Part shown: piece after piece, positions 9,943 through 21,628 of the stretch | Layout of the letters: each line of letters begins with the position of its first letter | Numbering within the stretch: the first letter of the stretch is position 1 | Program-made: the position numbers and the translations under genes | The notes under the pieces: generated by a model | The model's database searches: none | Seen by the model: the letters and a program-made list of their open reading frames with translations, nothing else | What the model was told of the DNA's origin: nothing | Origin: Choristocarpus tenellus KU-1152 | Taxonomy: Eukaryota > Protista > Phaeophyceae | Length of the DNA: 32,761 nucleotides | Reading direction: 5' to 3' | Assembly (NCBI GenBank): GCA_964200185.2 | Contig: CAXNAD020000068.1 | Location: 1-32,761 of the forward strand

Positions 9943-12900
9943 ATGAAGTCCATAGGTTGTAGTACTATGAGTTCAATCTACGTAAGCGCAATGTTCATGC
10001 TTGGTGGCGCCGCCGCTTTTCTGTGCCCTAGCCCGGTGACCTTTTGCACTCACACTCATGGTGTTTACAATAGTGCATATTCCATGCCCTCCAAGGGTCG
10101 CCTTCCGTTCATGTCCCTCGATGACAGTGCGGAATCTAGGCAATGTTTCCTGGAGGGTTCTGCTGCTGCACTGACATCCGGAGCCCTGGCTCTTTCTGTG
10201 ACTTCGTCACCCTCCTCCGCGAATGCAGCTGAAGTCAGTGCTTGGAAGCAACTGGAATTGCCGGTGGCAACGGTTCTGTACGACATTGCCTTTGACGATA
10301 AGGATCCGAACCACGGATTAGTAGTCGGAGCCAAGGGAACCTTTCTTGAGGTTTGTATTCGGAAAAGATCGCTGCAATCTCGGTGTGGTCTCGTGACTCA
10401 ACACGGTGAAGTCGTACCTATCACCTCTGAACTTCTCGCGTTCATTTCGGTGTGCCTTCGACCTCACTCACCTATGACTCCCATGATGAGGCTACGTGCT
10501 TAATATTGCACCGACATATTCGCCACCCTGTTTCGATCTATGTGGATTGCAACTTACAGTGTCGTGTCAATGTGTCGAAATTTCTCGGTTGATTGACTTT
10601 TCAATAGGAAACACCCCAATCACTGGATTAGGCAACACTAAGAGGCTGAATTTTTTTCCCTCTTAAAAATATCTTGTGTTACGGCATGGATCCATTGTCG
10701 CTGCCACGTAGACCTTCGATGGTGGAGAGAAATGGGGCGTTCGCACCTTTGGTAACCTGGACGAAGAGGAAGAGATCACCTACCGCTTCCAGAAGGTGCT
10801 GCACATTCATGTATATGCTTCAAGCTCATGCATTATGTTGATGCAAGAAGAATCATGTTCCGGACATACTTTTTTTGCCATGATATTCTGCCTGTGCCTT
10901 GAGGGTTCTACGTTGCTGTACATTCTGCCGCCTCAGTTTGCACCTTTGTGGAAAGTCTACCTGTGCCTTAAAGGCTCTACATTGCTGTATATACTACTTC
11001 CTCAGATTACCCCTCTGTGACCCAAAACAGGTGTCCATGAGTGGCGGGGAGATTTTCATTATTGGTAAGCCTCCTATCCTTTTGCACAGCAAGGACGCTG
11101 GAAAGACCTGGGAACGAGTTCCTCTTTCCCCGAAGGTGAGAAATGATCTTATTCTACTTGTAATGGATGACAGACTACAATCTAGATCGGGCCTTGTTCC
11201 TGATTTCTTTCCCACGGTTGTATGTCTCGAATTAATTGAAGTGCTGTTGTTGGTTAACCTGTCCAATAAGAAGGGACCCTGACACTTTGATGATACTGTA
11301 CATGCTGCATGGAACACTCCTTTGAGGATGCTTTGGGTGGAGGGAAAAGTATGAAAATGGTTTTCAGAGTCCCTTTTTCCTCATGTTAGAATTCAGATTG
11401 ACTTTCACTCAATTGATCGTGCCACATGTGACCTGTTGGGCTATTTATGGGTTTGGATTAGCTACCAGGAGAGCCGTCAAACATTGAAGCACTGGGTGAA
11501 GGCAAGGCAGAGATGACCACTTCATCTGGAGCAGTGTACTTCACAAAGAATGCTGGCATGAACTGGTCCGCACAGGTACGGGATTACTTCCTTGAAGAAC
11601 TCTGTGCAGCATTGTCAAGCTATATATCTCATTTATCAGTATCTGGTTTCTTCACATGTCCAAGATTGCTGGTATTTTGTATCTTACTGATTGATTTTAG
11701 TATATTGATAGATGACATCTACTTGTGTCACTCTGAATTGGTGTATGTAATCATGTAGTAAGTTGTATATAGCATGCATTTAGTGAGATCTATCACATAT
11801 TGCACACTGTTGTGTATTTCCAGGTCAAGGAAACAATTGATGCTACACTGAACCGCATTTCCTCAAGCGGGGTGAGTGGAGCCAGTTACTTCACAGGTTC
11901 CATCATTGGAACCACAAGGTGGGCACTGATTACCTATGAAAATATTTCGCTGAAAACCAATGCGCATGTGATGTCTGAAGGTAAAGGAGTTTTCAAGGAC
12001 TAAAACAGTTACAATTCATGGTTGGACTGCTCGAGGAGATCAGTGAGTCAATAGGTTATTATGAATAGTGCTACACCAATCAAGGAAACCATCATTTCAC
12101 ACATGACATGTATCTGTTTTCCAATTCAGGGATGAGGATGGGTCATATTTAGCGGTGTCCTCTCGTGGTAACTTCTATTTGACATGGACACCAGGTCAGG
12201 ACTTCTGGATCCCTCACAACCGGTAAGTGTGATTACTGCACTGAGTCAAGACAACGTGGAAAGTATCTTGGGTACTACATATTGCATGTATTATCTGAAA
12301 TGCTACACATGATAATTGTAAGCAGGATGCTATGTACTATAGAAGAACCGACACGTCCTTCTGTGCATCCATGAACTAACATATTCTTGGTGAAGATCCA
12401 ATGTCTATCGTGCTACTCACCCCGTGTTTCATTCATACAAGACTTGCATTGGAATTTCTGAATTGCACTGTATTTCAAGGAGGAATAAAATAGGGTTTAT
12501 TAGAAGTCTGAAAAAAATTGAGGTCTCCTTCCAAAGATTTTTTTTTTCTTTGTTTGAGGAAAATAATTGTCATCAGCAACATTTTTATATTCCCAGCCTT
12601 GTGGCAAGGGTGGTTGGTTGGCACTGCATAAATGCAATGTTGGTGTTAGACTTCAAAGGATAAATCCCATTCGGCAATTGAATCAGTCCTCGATTCTCCC
12701 ACCAGTGGAACACCTCGTCGTATCCAAAACATGGGCTTCAAGAAGGGTCATGCTAAGGAGGGCCTATGGATGACGTTGAATGGAGGTGCACTGCAAATGT
12801 CAACAGGAGAGGTAGAGGGAACGTCAGATGCTACTTTCACAGAAGTGCCTATCAAGTCAGGTGGTTACGGCATCATTGATGTGACATGGAAGGTGGGAGG

Positions 12901-14397
12901 GAGACTTGAAACCATCCCATCATTCTCACTTGCCTTGACTTTGATACACTTCCAAGTATATTTTTGGTGTGTTTTCTATTAATACTGCACCAGTACCTAT
13001 TTCTTGGCAAGTGAGATATCGATTTTGCTGTGTGTAGGTTTTACACATGGCACACTTCATGCAACAGGACATAAAGGCACAAGTTTTAACCAGATACACT
13101 TTTTGTTTTGTGTGTGTGGTACATTCAAGCTATGTACTTGTTAGTACACGGTACAATATGTCACTTCTACTGAGTTTGTAAAAAAGTGGAGTGTTGACGG
13201 TCAGTCACGCCATGTACTTGTTAGTACACGGTACAGTGTGTCACTTCTACTGAGTTTGTAGAAAAGTGGAGGGTTGACGGTCAGTCACGCCTCCATGCCA
13301 TGTACATGTCCAGAAACACAAAATTGTTTTCGGTAAAGGAGGTAATAGAATTCCTCCCTGGCCAGTCCAGTGCCTGGATCCCTTCTATGCATAAGCTGAT
13401 ATGAGTCACTAAACATGCCGTCAGTTGCACCTTGATTCAATGCTTTACTTTGGTGCTGTGTCCTATGCAGTGTATGTGTTGGTCCTGTGACATTTGTGTA
13501 ATTGTATGTTTGTAAGGGTTCAATTGGTGTTGTGAGGTATGATTGGTTTCAATGATTGTAGCAATAAGGATATTTTTGCTTCTCAATTGTAAAGATGCAC
13601 TGATGCTCTATGTTACACAAATTTAGAAATTTGTAAAATGCGCAAGTTATTTCAATTTTTTTTGGGAGAGTATCAAATCCTTCTTATTGCTTTTGGATCA
13701 CTTTTTTACTATTCAATTCAATGCAATGCATAATTGTGGAGTTAATAGGAGTTATATGAATGCATGTAAACATACTTTAAGAGTCATAGTCATCTACCAA
13801 ACTATATAGAGAAGATCCAAGTCCCACTCTTTTGTGTATTTTTTTGTCATGCATCTTGTTGTAGCACCACCACAATATTACAGCCCAATGGACTTGTAAG
13901 TTAGTTTGCATCAGACATAGTATGATGATACAGGTGTATGACGTCCATTGACAATAAAATATAGATTCCTGATGGGCGATGAATAATTCAACACACACAC
14001 AACACAATTGCAATAAACATTACAGGATGACAATGAGGTGTGGGCTGTAGGTGGTGGTGGAAGCTTGTGGTACTCAACAGACGGGGCCAAGAGCTTCCGC
14101 TTTAGCGGAGCTGCCTCCAGTGTTGGGGGTAACCTGTACAATGTGAAGTTCTTTGGAGCTGACAAGGGCTTTGTCCTTGGGTCTGATGGTATACTTCTAA
14201 AGTGAGTGCGACTGATTTTGAATGCCTGTTCTTGTCTTTGCCTGTCTTTTGTCGGGGCTGTCTCCTTGAGACACTTCATTTGTATAATAGATGTGCCATG
14301 ATACTTCTGAATACTTTCATCATATAATGTGAACTTAAAATGAGTCTGACCATGTACACCTTCATGTTGTTACAGATATATTCCTGGCCAGGTGTAG
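9943..14397 (+). CDS. HCF136: Photosystem II stability/assembly factor HCF136/Ycf48, nuclear-encoded thylakoid lumen precursor (~427 aa, 9 exons)
   Basis: Exons: 9943-10350, 10712-10795, 11031-11135, 11462-11575, 11824-11918, 12130-12222, 12706-12892, 14026-14201, 14376-14397. All introns are GT-AG with consistent phases. Motifs: [128 protein letters not shown]. The presequence has a signal peptide ending AAA|FLCP and a lumen-transfer segment ending ANA|A. The start could instead be ATG 9967. Confidence 0.95.
10890..11020. repeat. Diverged ~69-bp tandem duplication at the 3' end of HCF136 intron 2
   Basis: cctgtgccttRaRggYtctacRttgctgtaYatWct...cctcag...ccYYtgtg occurs twice directly upstream of the exon 3 acceptor. 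Confidence 0.75.
13132..13290. repeat. Near-identical 80-bp tandem duplication in HCF136 intron 7
   Basis: atgtacttgttagtacacggtaca...gttgacggtcagtcacgc starts at 13132 and at 13212, with only a few substitutions. Confidence 0.92.
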
Positions 14398-14934
14398 ATG
14401 GGTTCAGATGACATGAAGATCTCTACCATTGGAGTATAGAGGCTGTTGCACCCAACCAAAGTTGTTTCTACACTTTGACTGTGATAGAGACTGGCATCAA
14501 CATAACTGGGCAGCAGAATAGAAATGTGCGACAAGACCATGTGATTGAGTAGGATTAGGGTTAAGACTGAAAAGAGTTGCCAAAAGAAAAGGACAATAGC
14601 CAGACCCAAATAACAACATTTGCCCAATATGGATATTACCAGCAGTTCCATATTATTGAGGACCTTCAAGAAAAAGTAGAGGGAATGTTAGGCAGTACGC
14701 AGCTCAATGCTGAAGTTTCCTATATCAAATCCACAATCGTTAAGGTATTTCTAGAGTTCACACTCTCCTTCTAATACCATGTAAGAGAGAATCATGGACC
14801 ATGACCTACGGTCTCATGAGTGTGGGACATAGCAACCATGTGAAGTGAAAGCACAATAAGAACTTGAGAAAATATTCACCTCATCCTTGTTTCTGTTAAG
14901 GTTAGGGTATTTGACATACTACACAAATATTATA

Positions 14935-15270
14935 TTCCATACCCAAACAAAGAAACTTGGCACATGCTCTTGCACCAACTAGCTCCTTCCCAACAAATGC
15001 TTTTCAACCTTCCTACCTCCCACAGATAGGTCAGACTGAACTCAAGTCCAAACAATTTCCCTCCTATTGCATCATTCATTTCAAAGAGCCAAACCTTTTT
15101 TTTTCCAATAGTACTGTCCACATCCAATACAAAGGGATCTTAAGACAAAAGGCGTAGCCAAAACCCGTCCACCACAATTTTATACAGATTTAGTATATTC
15201 TACACACTAAAGTAAACTTTAAGCTCATCAAAATACAGAAGTTAGATACACATCAACATAGCCTTCACTT
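14935..15270 (+). repeat. Old dispersed repeat, copy A (related to 31700-32080)
   Basis: It shares collinear words with copy B: ccata..caaacaa, ttcccaacaaa/ttccccacaaa, ttcaacctt, tcctattgc, atattcYacaca, acatagc. Confidence 0.45.
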
Positions 15271-15514
15271 GATAATGATGTGACATATACGCAGCAACCC
15301 CAAGTGGTCGGCGAACTCGTATTAGTACAGTAAATGGAACAGCAAACGGTGAACAATAGGAAATGCCCCCGAAAACATAACGCACACCAGAGGACTCAAT
15401 TTACAAGCCAAGGATGAATGGGAAGCAAACACAATAAATGCTCCTACGTTCCACCACAGGAAGATATTCAACAAAACAAGATATCATGGTAAATTTTCGT
15501 TTGATCTTCCAAAT

Positions 15515-15715
15515 CAGTACTATCAAATTGTACTCAAATAGCTGTTCCTTTGCACAACTGATAACCATGAGAACCGTCTTTCTAAATGCTCTGGAGCATG
15601 TGATTTAGTTTTATTGCCAAAACAGCAATACCTTGGAAGGCACCTGACAAACTGCACTATCAATGCTCTGCACAAATTCATTTCAGTAATTGGTACTATC
15701 AACAAAATACACCAG
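15515..15715 (+). mobile_element. Decayed reverse transcriptase fragment, Penelope-like
   Basis: It reads TIKLYSNS...FLNALEHVI*...LSMLCTNSFQ / NWYYQQNT. This resembles the Penelope-type segment (D)xxSLYTNIP...LxxNxFxFxxxxYxQ that precedes G-x-AMG, and it is truncated at that point. Confidence 0.4.
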
Positions 15716-17989
15716 CTTTAGGGCCTTGTGCATTATCTGTGGTCGGTTCCTTATGTGATGCAAGAAGATAGGAGATGGACTAAAGGCACAAGGTACATAC
15801 CCTGTGGGTTGGGAACGTTTTCCACGATATTGACAGCCAAAGATGAATCCAGACCAACTCAGTCCAGAGCGAGAATCAACTCCCCATGGTTTCTTTCCCC
15901 CCGTGGGTGATGGTTGTGGTTCTCTTGGTGAACAAGGAAGTGAGCAGGAAACCATGCCAGAGATACATTTCCCAGTATTTGTCACATAGACTAGACAAGA
16001 GGGAAGGGAAGGGAAGGGGGGGATGGAGAACCTTGAAACCACACCAAGTGCTGAGCGGCTACCGCATCTACCATGCGCATATACTAGAGGAACATGACAT
16101 GGTTCCAGCCACTCTCAGGCACACGTCTAAATGACTGATAGAAACTCTCTTTTGACTTGGCACAAATGCCATAGTGGCAACCCAGTGTCTGATCACGGTT
16201 GCCGAAGGGACACAGGAGATGCCATTAGTCCTGTTGGCAAGTCAATAGACCCGTGATGCTTTCAGTCTGAGTAGCCTCCGTGCACTCACTCCAGGAAGAG
16301 GAAAGGATGATGTTCCAAGTAAGTAGGCCACCTTCAAAAGTGGTTTACGACCACCGTCTTCCTTCCACACATGTGAGGAGAGTGACTGGACACACTGACT
16401 GTTCTGGGCTGATCGATGGCAACAGTCAGGTAGCATCGCGGTGACGGAATTTTCAACCAAATTGCACCAGCAAGCATGGTAAGTCCCCCAAAGCAAGCTC
16501 ACCCCACGGCAGTGGTGGGTCGTTGTGTAATCCATGGTGCACCTAGACAAAACACTTGTGTCCATAACCTCACAGACCTCCTACAGAAGATCGAGTGTGG
16601 GCAGGCACCCAAGGAAGACCGTGGAGTAAGGGAAACTGAGAGGCTAGCTTGGGAAGAAGGTATCAGCCAACTTTGACAAGGAAGGCTGGTAATCCAATAC
16701 CCCTCAATACACCATCACACCCAGGCTCAGGAATGGCTACACAATTACTACAACAAACTACTACAACAAGGAGGAGGTGGATGCCATCAAGGCCTTGGCG
16801 CAGGACCTCAGAAAGACGATATACAGAAAACTACATAGTATGAGCAACCTGTAACGGAGGATACATCCATAACAGAGGGTGTTGCAAGCACGCCAGGCAG
16901 GGCTGATGAGGGGGGGGAATTTTGTCAAAAGAAGAGACAGAGAACCCCCGAAAAAGATAACGCTGGAGGCTTCAGTCATTGCACACCTTCCCACTGTTGA
17001 AGTGGAACCTTATTTCTTGAATTCAAGGGGAGGAGGAGGAAAAGGCTGGACTAGGGGACTTCTCCACAAAGTTGCTCCAGGCGGGATGAAGTTCTTGAGT
17101 ACACGCGATTGGAGAGAACAAGAGGTGCAGGCAGCCACGGACTGATGATGCCTGCTGCTGTAACCTACTTCTTCAGTTCTCCGCACCAACAACAACCTGC
17201 ACAATAAATATCCCATGCAGGGACATGTATTCAAGTTTGAGTGAAAGAATGATCCGAGCCATTAACACGTGAACCAACCACACTTGCTTGACGAACGGAG
17301 AAACTCTGCAGTGTTTTGAGTCACCACGGCCAATTTATTTATTTAGACCCTACCCTACCCGCCAATAACGCATGAGGGGTTGGATCTTCAACACTTCCTG
17401 CCACAACTATGGCTTTTCAGGTCGGTCTACAACTGCATGTGTCCAAGTTGTATGGTATGGATTGTCCTTACTCTGTTGCTTGCTTGTATGTTGCTCTCCA
17501 TTCCCCGTTTTCATTCCCTAAAAATAGAAACAAAACCAGAACGATTCCTAAAATATATAGCCCACAAAAAAAGTGGGCCCTGATGCTTTTCTATCAAGTC
17601 ACAACAGCAGAGCGCAAACGAAAATCTCCTCCACTAGTGCTAGTGCTAGTACTAGTACTAGTACTGCCTCAATCCTCGGGTAGCATGGTAGCATGCCACA
17701 GCAAATAGTTGGGTAATTCCTCCCTTGATGTGAAAGCACTGTGTATGGGGTGAGTGAGGCAGTGAGTTGAGTTCAAGTCCAGTGATAGGGAGAATGGTTT
17801 GCAACCAGGCAGCAACAGTGAATCCTAAGGCATTAACGAAACGTACCCCAGTGCTGGAGCTGTGTTGTGAAATGAACGGTTGGGTTCATGTGTCTACCGT
17901 TTTGAACCTTTGATTCAGCCAGTTCAAATTGTGGTCTGTCCATCTATCTGACCGGGGGCTGCACTGTTTGTTAATCGAGCCCGCCAGGT

Positions 17990-18800
17990 GTTACTTGTGT
18001 TTGTTGATGAAGCATCATCACTATTTATGATGAATGGACCTTGACTGCGTGGCAGAGTCTCACAAAATTGGGGTGAGCTAGTGCGATAACGTGAGGATCG
18101 GGAGGGCCAACACCGCGCACATCGAACATGGGTTCACCTGGTTTCCGAGCATGGAAGACTTCCTTCGCTTCCTTCCACCTGGTTTCCGAGCATGGAAGAC
18201 TTCCTTCGCTTCCTTCCACCTGGTTTCCGAGCATGGAAGACTTCCTTCGCTTCCTTCACACGTCAAGTTCTTATCGAGGATGGGTACGGGAAGATCATTT
18301 GTCACGCCACCCTTCGACCGTGGTGGTGCTCGACTCCTGAAGATTGCCTTACGAACTTGCCCATCAGTAACCCTGCTGTCCACCTCGTATCCGCTTTCCA
18401 TCTGCAAGGTTTGCAAGTTCCCCAAACATCGATCCCTATGCGCACAGCTGACCCTGGGACCGGGAGCCTCCGTTCCCGAACAATCGACTCGATACCGTCA
18501 TACCCTGTCTTCACAGGGGCATCTTTGTACGACGACACGGGATGCGATCAGTGCGTTCCCGTTTTCCCAATTCGGTGCTGCTGCAGCTCAGCAGAAATTT
18601 GTGGCGGTGGAGACGGAGCTTGGAATAGTGGTCCTGGTGGACTGTTCACGCCACACGGCCACATAACTTGATCTCAAGTAACTCAGCCCTCGAGCATTCG
18701 GATCTCAAACTCGAGCGATACGTCCGTGGTCCTCAGATGAAACACTCGTCTGTACTTGCGGAAGCAATCCCAGGTGTCATCGGCGCCATTTCGGATAGTG
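17990..18800 (-). mobile_element. Degenerate Ty3/Gypsy integrase remnant
   Basis: Minus-strand frames give, in the expected order: PVKTGYDGIESIV (cf. LPxTxxGYDxIxVxVD), LQMESGY...TDGQ (cf. MSTAYHPQTDGQ) and LPRSQGPFII (GPY/F motif). It has many stops and frameshifts and is CpG-rich. Confidence 0.6.
18135..18257. repeat. Perfect 41-bp tandem triplication
   Basis: cacctggtttccgagcatggaagacttccttcgcttccttc starts at 18135, 18176 and 18217, with no spacers. Confidence 0.97.
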
Positions 18801-19690
18801 CCTCAATGGTAAACACGCTCGGCCTTCTGCTTCTGGCTACGTGGATCGAACCCTGGATCTGCACCATGTCTGCTGGCGTTTTGGGAGGCCCAAGGGACAC
18901 GCCTTCTGCCTTCGGATCGGACACGGTCAACCCCAATACCCTACAGTTGTGCCTACCTTCACAGTCGCTCCCACCATCCCTTCCGCTCTACCTTGCTTGG
19001 AGGTCTTAAGACACAATGCCAGCCTCGTCAACAAAGTACCATACATTTACTCCCTATCCCTCTTGAACTTGCTTGAAATAGATGCCAACTGTTAACCCAC
19101 TCCCTCCCCTCCGTCCTCTGTTCTCCCTTCCTTACCCAGTCAGCTCCCTCTACGATAATGAGGTCCTTGGAGACAACCAGGCGGCCGGAACTCCCCCATC
19201 AGTCTTGCATTGGCGGTAGGGTGCAGGCGTAGAAGTGATTTGAACAAGAAGATTTGAAATATGGTGTTGTTTGTACCTTTGAAGCGAAAGAAACGCAACA
19301 TACCATACGAAAACTGTTCTTGGAGGAGGAGGGAAGAGGGAGTGGAGGGGATGATGAAATATGATTTGATGTAAGAAGATGAAAAACGAAAAAACGCCGA
19401 AGCGACACGAAAAAAACCGCAGAGGACACACAAAACATACCGCACACAACAACACGGCTGTTATAGCACCTTGTTGTCATATAGCCTGATGTGCCGCAAT
19501 AAAGGAGTGCAGTCCTACAGACGAGATGCAGCGCCTGTTCATACCCATCGAGGGTTGGGATGTCGTCAACATTGAGTGAGGACAGCGAAGAGAGAGGTGA
19601 GCGAGGAGATGAACGTCAAAGTATCAATGCCAGATGGTGATAAGACATAGCACACGCGCGTGTGTGCACGCGCCTCTGTCTCTTTCTCTT

Positions 19691-19700
19691 TGTGTGTGTG

Positions 19701-19756
<56 letters not shown>
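19691..19756. repeat. (GT)n microsatellite
   Basis: Directly visible, with one interruption. Confidence 0.97.
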
Positions 19757-19759
<3 letters not shown>

Positions 19760-20018
19760 TGCCGTGACCTATCTCCCTCCTTGGGTGTGAAATGGTGTAT
19801 AAAACCTGTCAGACTTCATTGTTCCCCCAATGTTGTGTGGAGTGTGAATTGTAGGTCGTCGATGATTGTGTTCGCGGGTGCTCCCTCGATGCGTCCCACG
19901 TTCTCTTTCGTTTGGGTAGATCTCCCTGACCTCACCAGCAGTACTGATGTGAGTGTTGTCCTCCACCAGGGACGCTGCGTCTTGCGCCAGGTCAGGATGG
20001 GTTGGGGAGAAATTTTTG

Positions 20019-20333
20019 GGCACCGTGGGAGTAAGACCCCACGGGCAAAGAGAAGGATCGAACAGGATTGGCGAGTCGAAGGCGCCGACGCTCGGCATAT
20101 TATCTGCCGCGGGCCGGTCGAAACCCGTTCGTGTTTGACCATTCTGAAGAATGGGCCGAGAGAGGTGCGAAACCTTCGGCACCGTGGGAGTAAGACCCCA
20201 CGGGCGAAGAGAAGGATCGAAGAGGATTGGCGAGTCGAAGGCGCCGACGCTCGGCATATTATCTGCTACGGGCCGGTCGAAACCCGTTCGTGTTTGACCA
20301 TTCTGAAGAATAGGCCGAGAGAGGTGCGAAACC
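20019..20333. repeat. 159-bp tandem duplication in CpG-rich, TE-like sequence
   Basis: ggcaccgtgggagtaagacccc...gaggtgcgaaacc starts at 20019 and 20178. The 53-codon period explains the duplicated peptides in ORFs 19634..20437 and 19769..20410. Confidence 0.95.
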
Positions 20334-20929
20334 CTTGTGACTATCCACAGCAAGACGTCTGGATACCTGAACGGGGGAACTCCTTCCTCCTTCCTCCTTC
20401 CAGAAGTCAATCGAAATCTACCAGTACAGTACTGTAGTCAAGGCGGATCGTTGTAGAGTCATGGAGTATTATCGTAGCCGCAGTGTTTGTCTTTTTGTCT
20501 CTTTCTCCCTCCCCCCCCCGACTCTCTCCTTTTTTTTTCTCTCTCTCTCTCTCCCTCTCTCTCTCTCTCGGTCACAAGCAAGGCCTCGATCCCAGGTAAC
20601 TTGGCCTTTTCTGTGTTCTCCTTGCTTTTTCGTTCACAGAGCACTCACTTGGACGTGAAGTTTTGCTTTGACCTCCTTTCTCTGGGCCATTGCTATTTTT
20701 TCCTATCTCCCCTCCTTTGAAAAAGGCCACTGGTACAGGGACATGGGGAGAGTCTTCTTTCTTGGGAGGGGCTCTTAGTAGGTGCGTGGAGCCCCTGGGG
20801 CGTGGTTGGACGGTAGGCGCCTCAGGATGGAGCATTGCTGGTGCCCCCACTCCAGCAAAATGCTGCTGTGCATTATTGGTCCTCACCGCTCTGGCATTGG
20901 CATTGGGTGTCAAGACCCGCCGCCGGTGG

Positions 20930-21160
20930 GTACGGAACAGACCGCACCATCGTCAGTTGGCGACGGGGGTACGTGTGAGGGATTTCCGGTCCGCGGCTCG
21001 AGCATTCCCGGCCCTCCCCCAACTCCCACAGGGTAGGCACATTGTGCCATGGGTTGGGCAACTGGGCCGTGTGTCTAGTAGGTTGCAAACCTTCCCCTGT
21101 GGAGTCAGGGCAGTGCACTCACCTTTCTCCAGGGTGTGCACATCTCCACAATATTGCGTC
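20930..21160 (-). mobile_element. Possible Gag zinc-knuckle remnant of an LTR retrotransposon
   Basis: The minus strand reads QYCGDVHTLEKGEC...GKVC...CPTHGTMCLPCGSWG, resembling the Gag pattern CxxCGxxH...CPAxGKxCxxCGxxGH. It lies on the same strand as, and upstream of, the integrase relic. Confidence 0.35.
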
Positions 21161-21425
21161 CGGGGAGTGGTAGCTGGTGCATTGCTTCCTGCACGAGCTT
21201 ACGTGAGGTCGTGGGAAACCCTCCTGACCCCCTTTCAGGAGCTGACAGTGGGGATTTGTGCGGCCTGTGACTTCATGCCACAGGCCTCGGTGGTTCTTGC
21301 TGTGGAAGAGGAGGGCATTTGGGGAACAGTCCTCTTGTTTCAGAGGGATTTCGGTGAGACTTGAGGGTGATTGATGCCCACAGTTGGCTTGAGCTCTATG
21401 GACACTACTGTGTCACTATGGTCAC

Positions 21426-21488
21426 ATATAGATATAGATATAGATATAGATATAGATATAGATATAGATATAGATATAGATATAGATA
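21426..21488. repeat. (GATATA)n microsatellite
   Basis: Directly visible. Confidence 0.97.
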
Positions 21489-21628
21489 CGAGCAGGCTAC
21501 AATAATGGTGGGGAAGTCCTTGAGTGGGAACGACTAGGGCTGAATATGCATTACTTCTGTAGGTTCATCCCGCTGTGTATCCCACTATCCCACATGCACA
21601 TACTTGTTCTTGGTTGGCTGATTTTTGA

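Noticed and set aside
15720-17150. Possible LINE endonuclease/RT remnant (ILEEHDMVPA; EEVDAIKAL)
   Set aside because: Only two short, weak resemblances, with no catalytic motifs recoverable by eye.
18135-18257. 41-bp direct repeats as a CRISPR array
   Set aside because: The repeats are contiguous with no spacers, there are no cas genes, and the context is eukaryotic.
19634-20437. 267-aa plus ORF and 213-aa minus ORF as genes
   Set aside because: Their length is inflated by a (GT)n tract and an in-frame 159-bp duplication. They have no recognisable domain and lie in TE-like DNA.
20690-21364. 224-aa plus-strand ORF as a host gene
   Set aside because: No domain or splice context, and it is more consistent with the antisense of decayed retroelement sequence.
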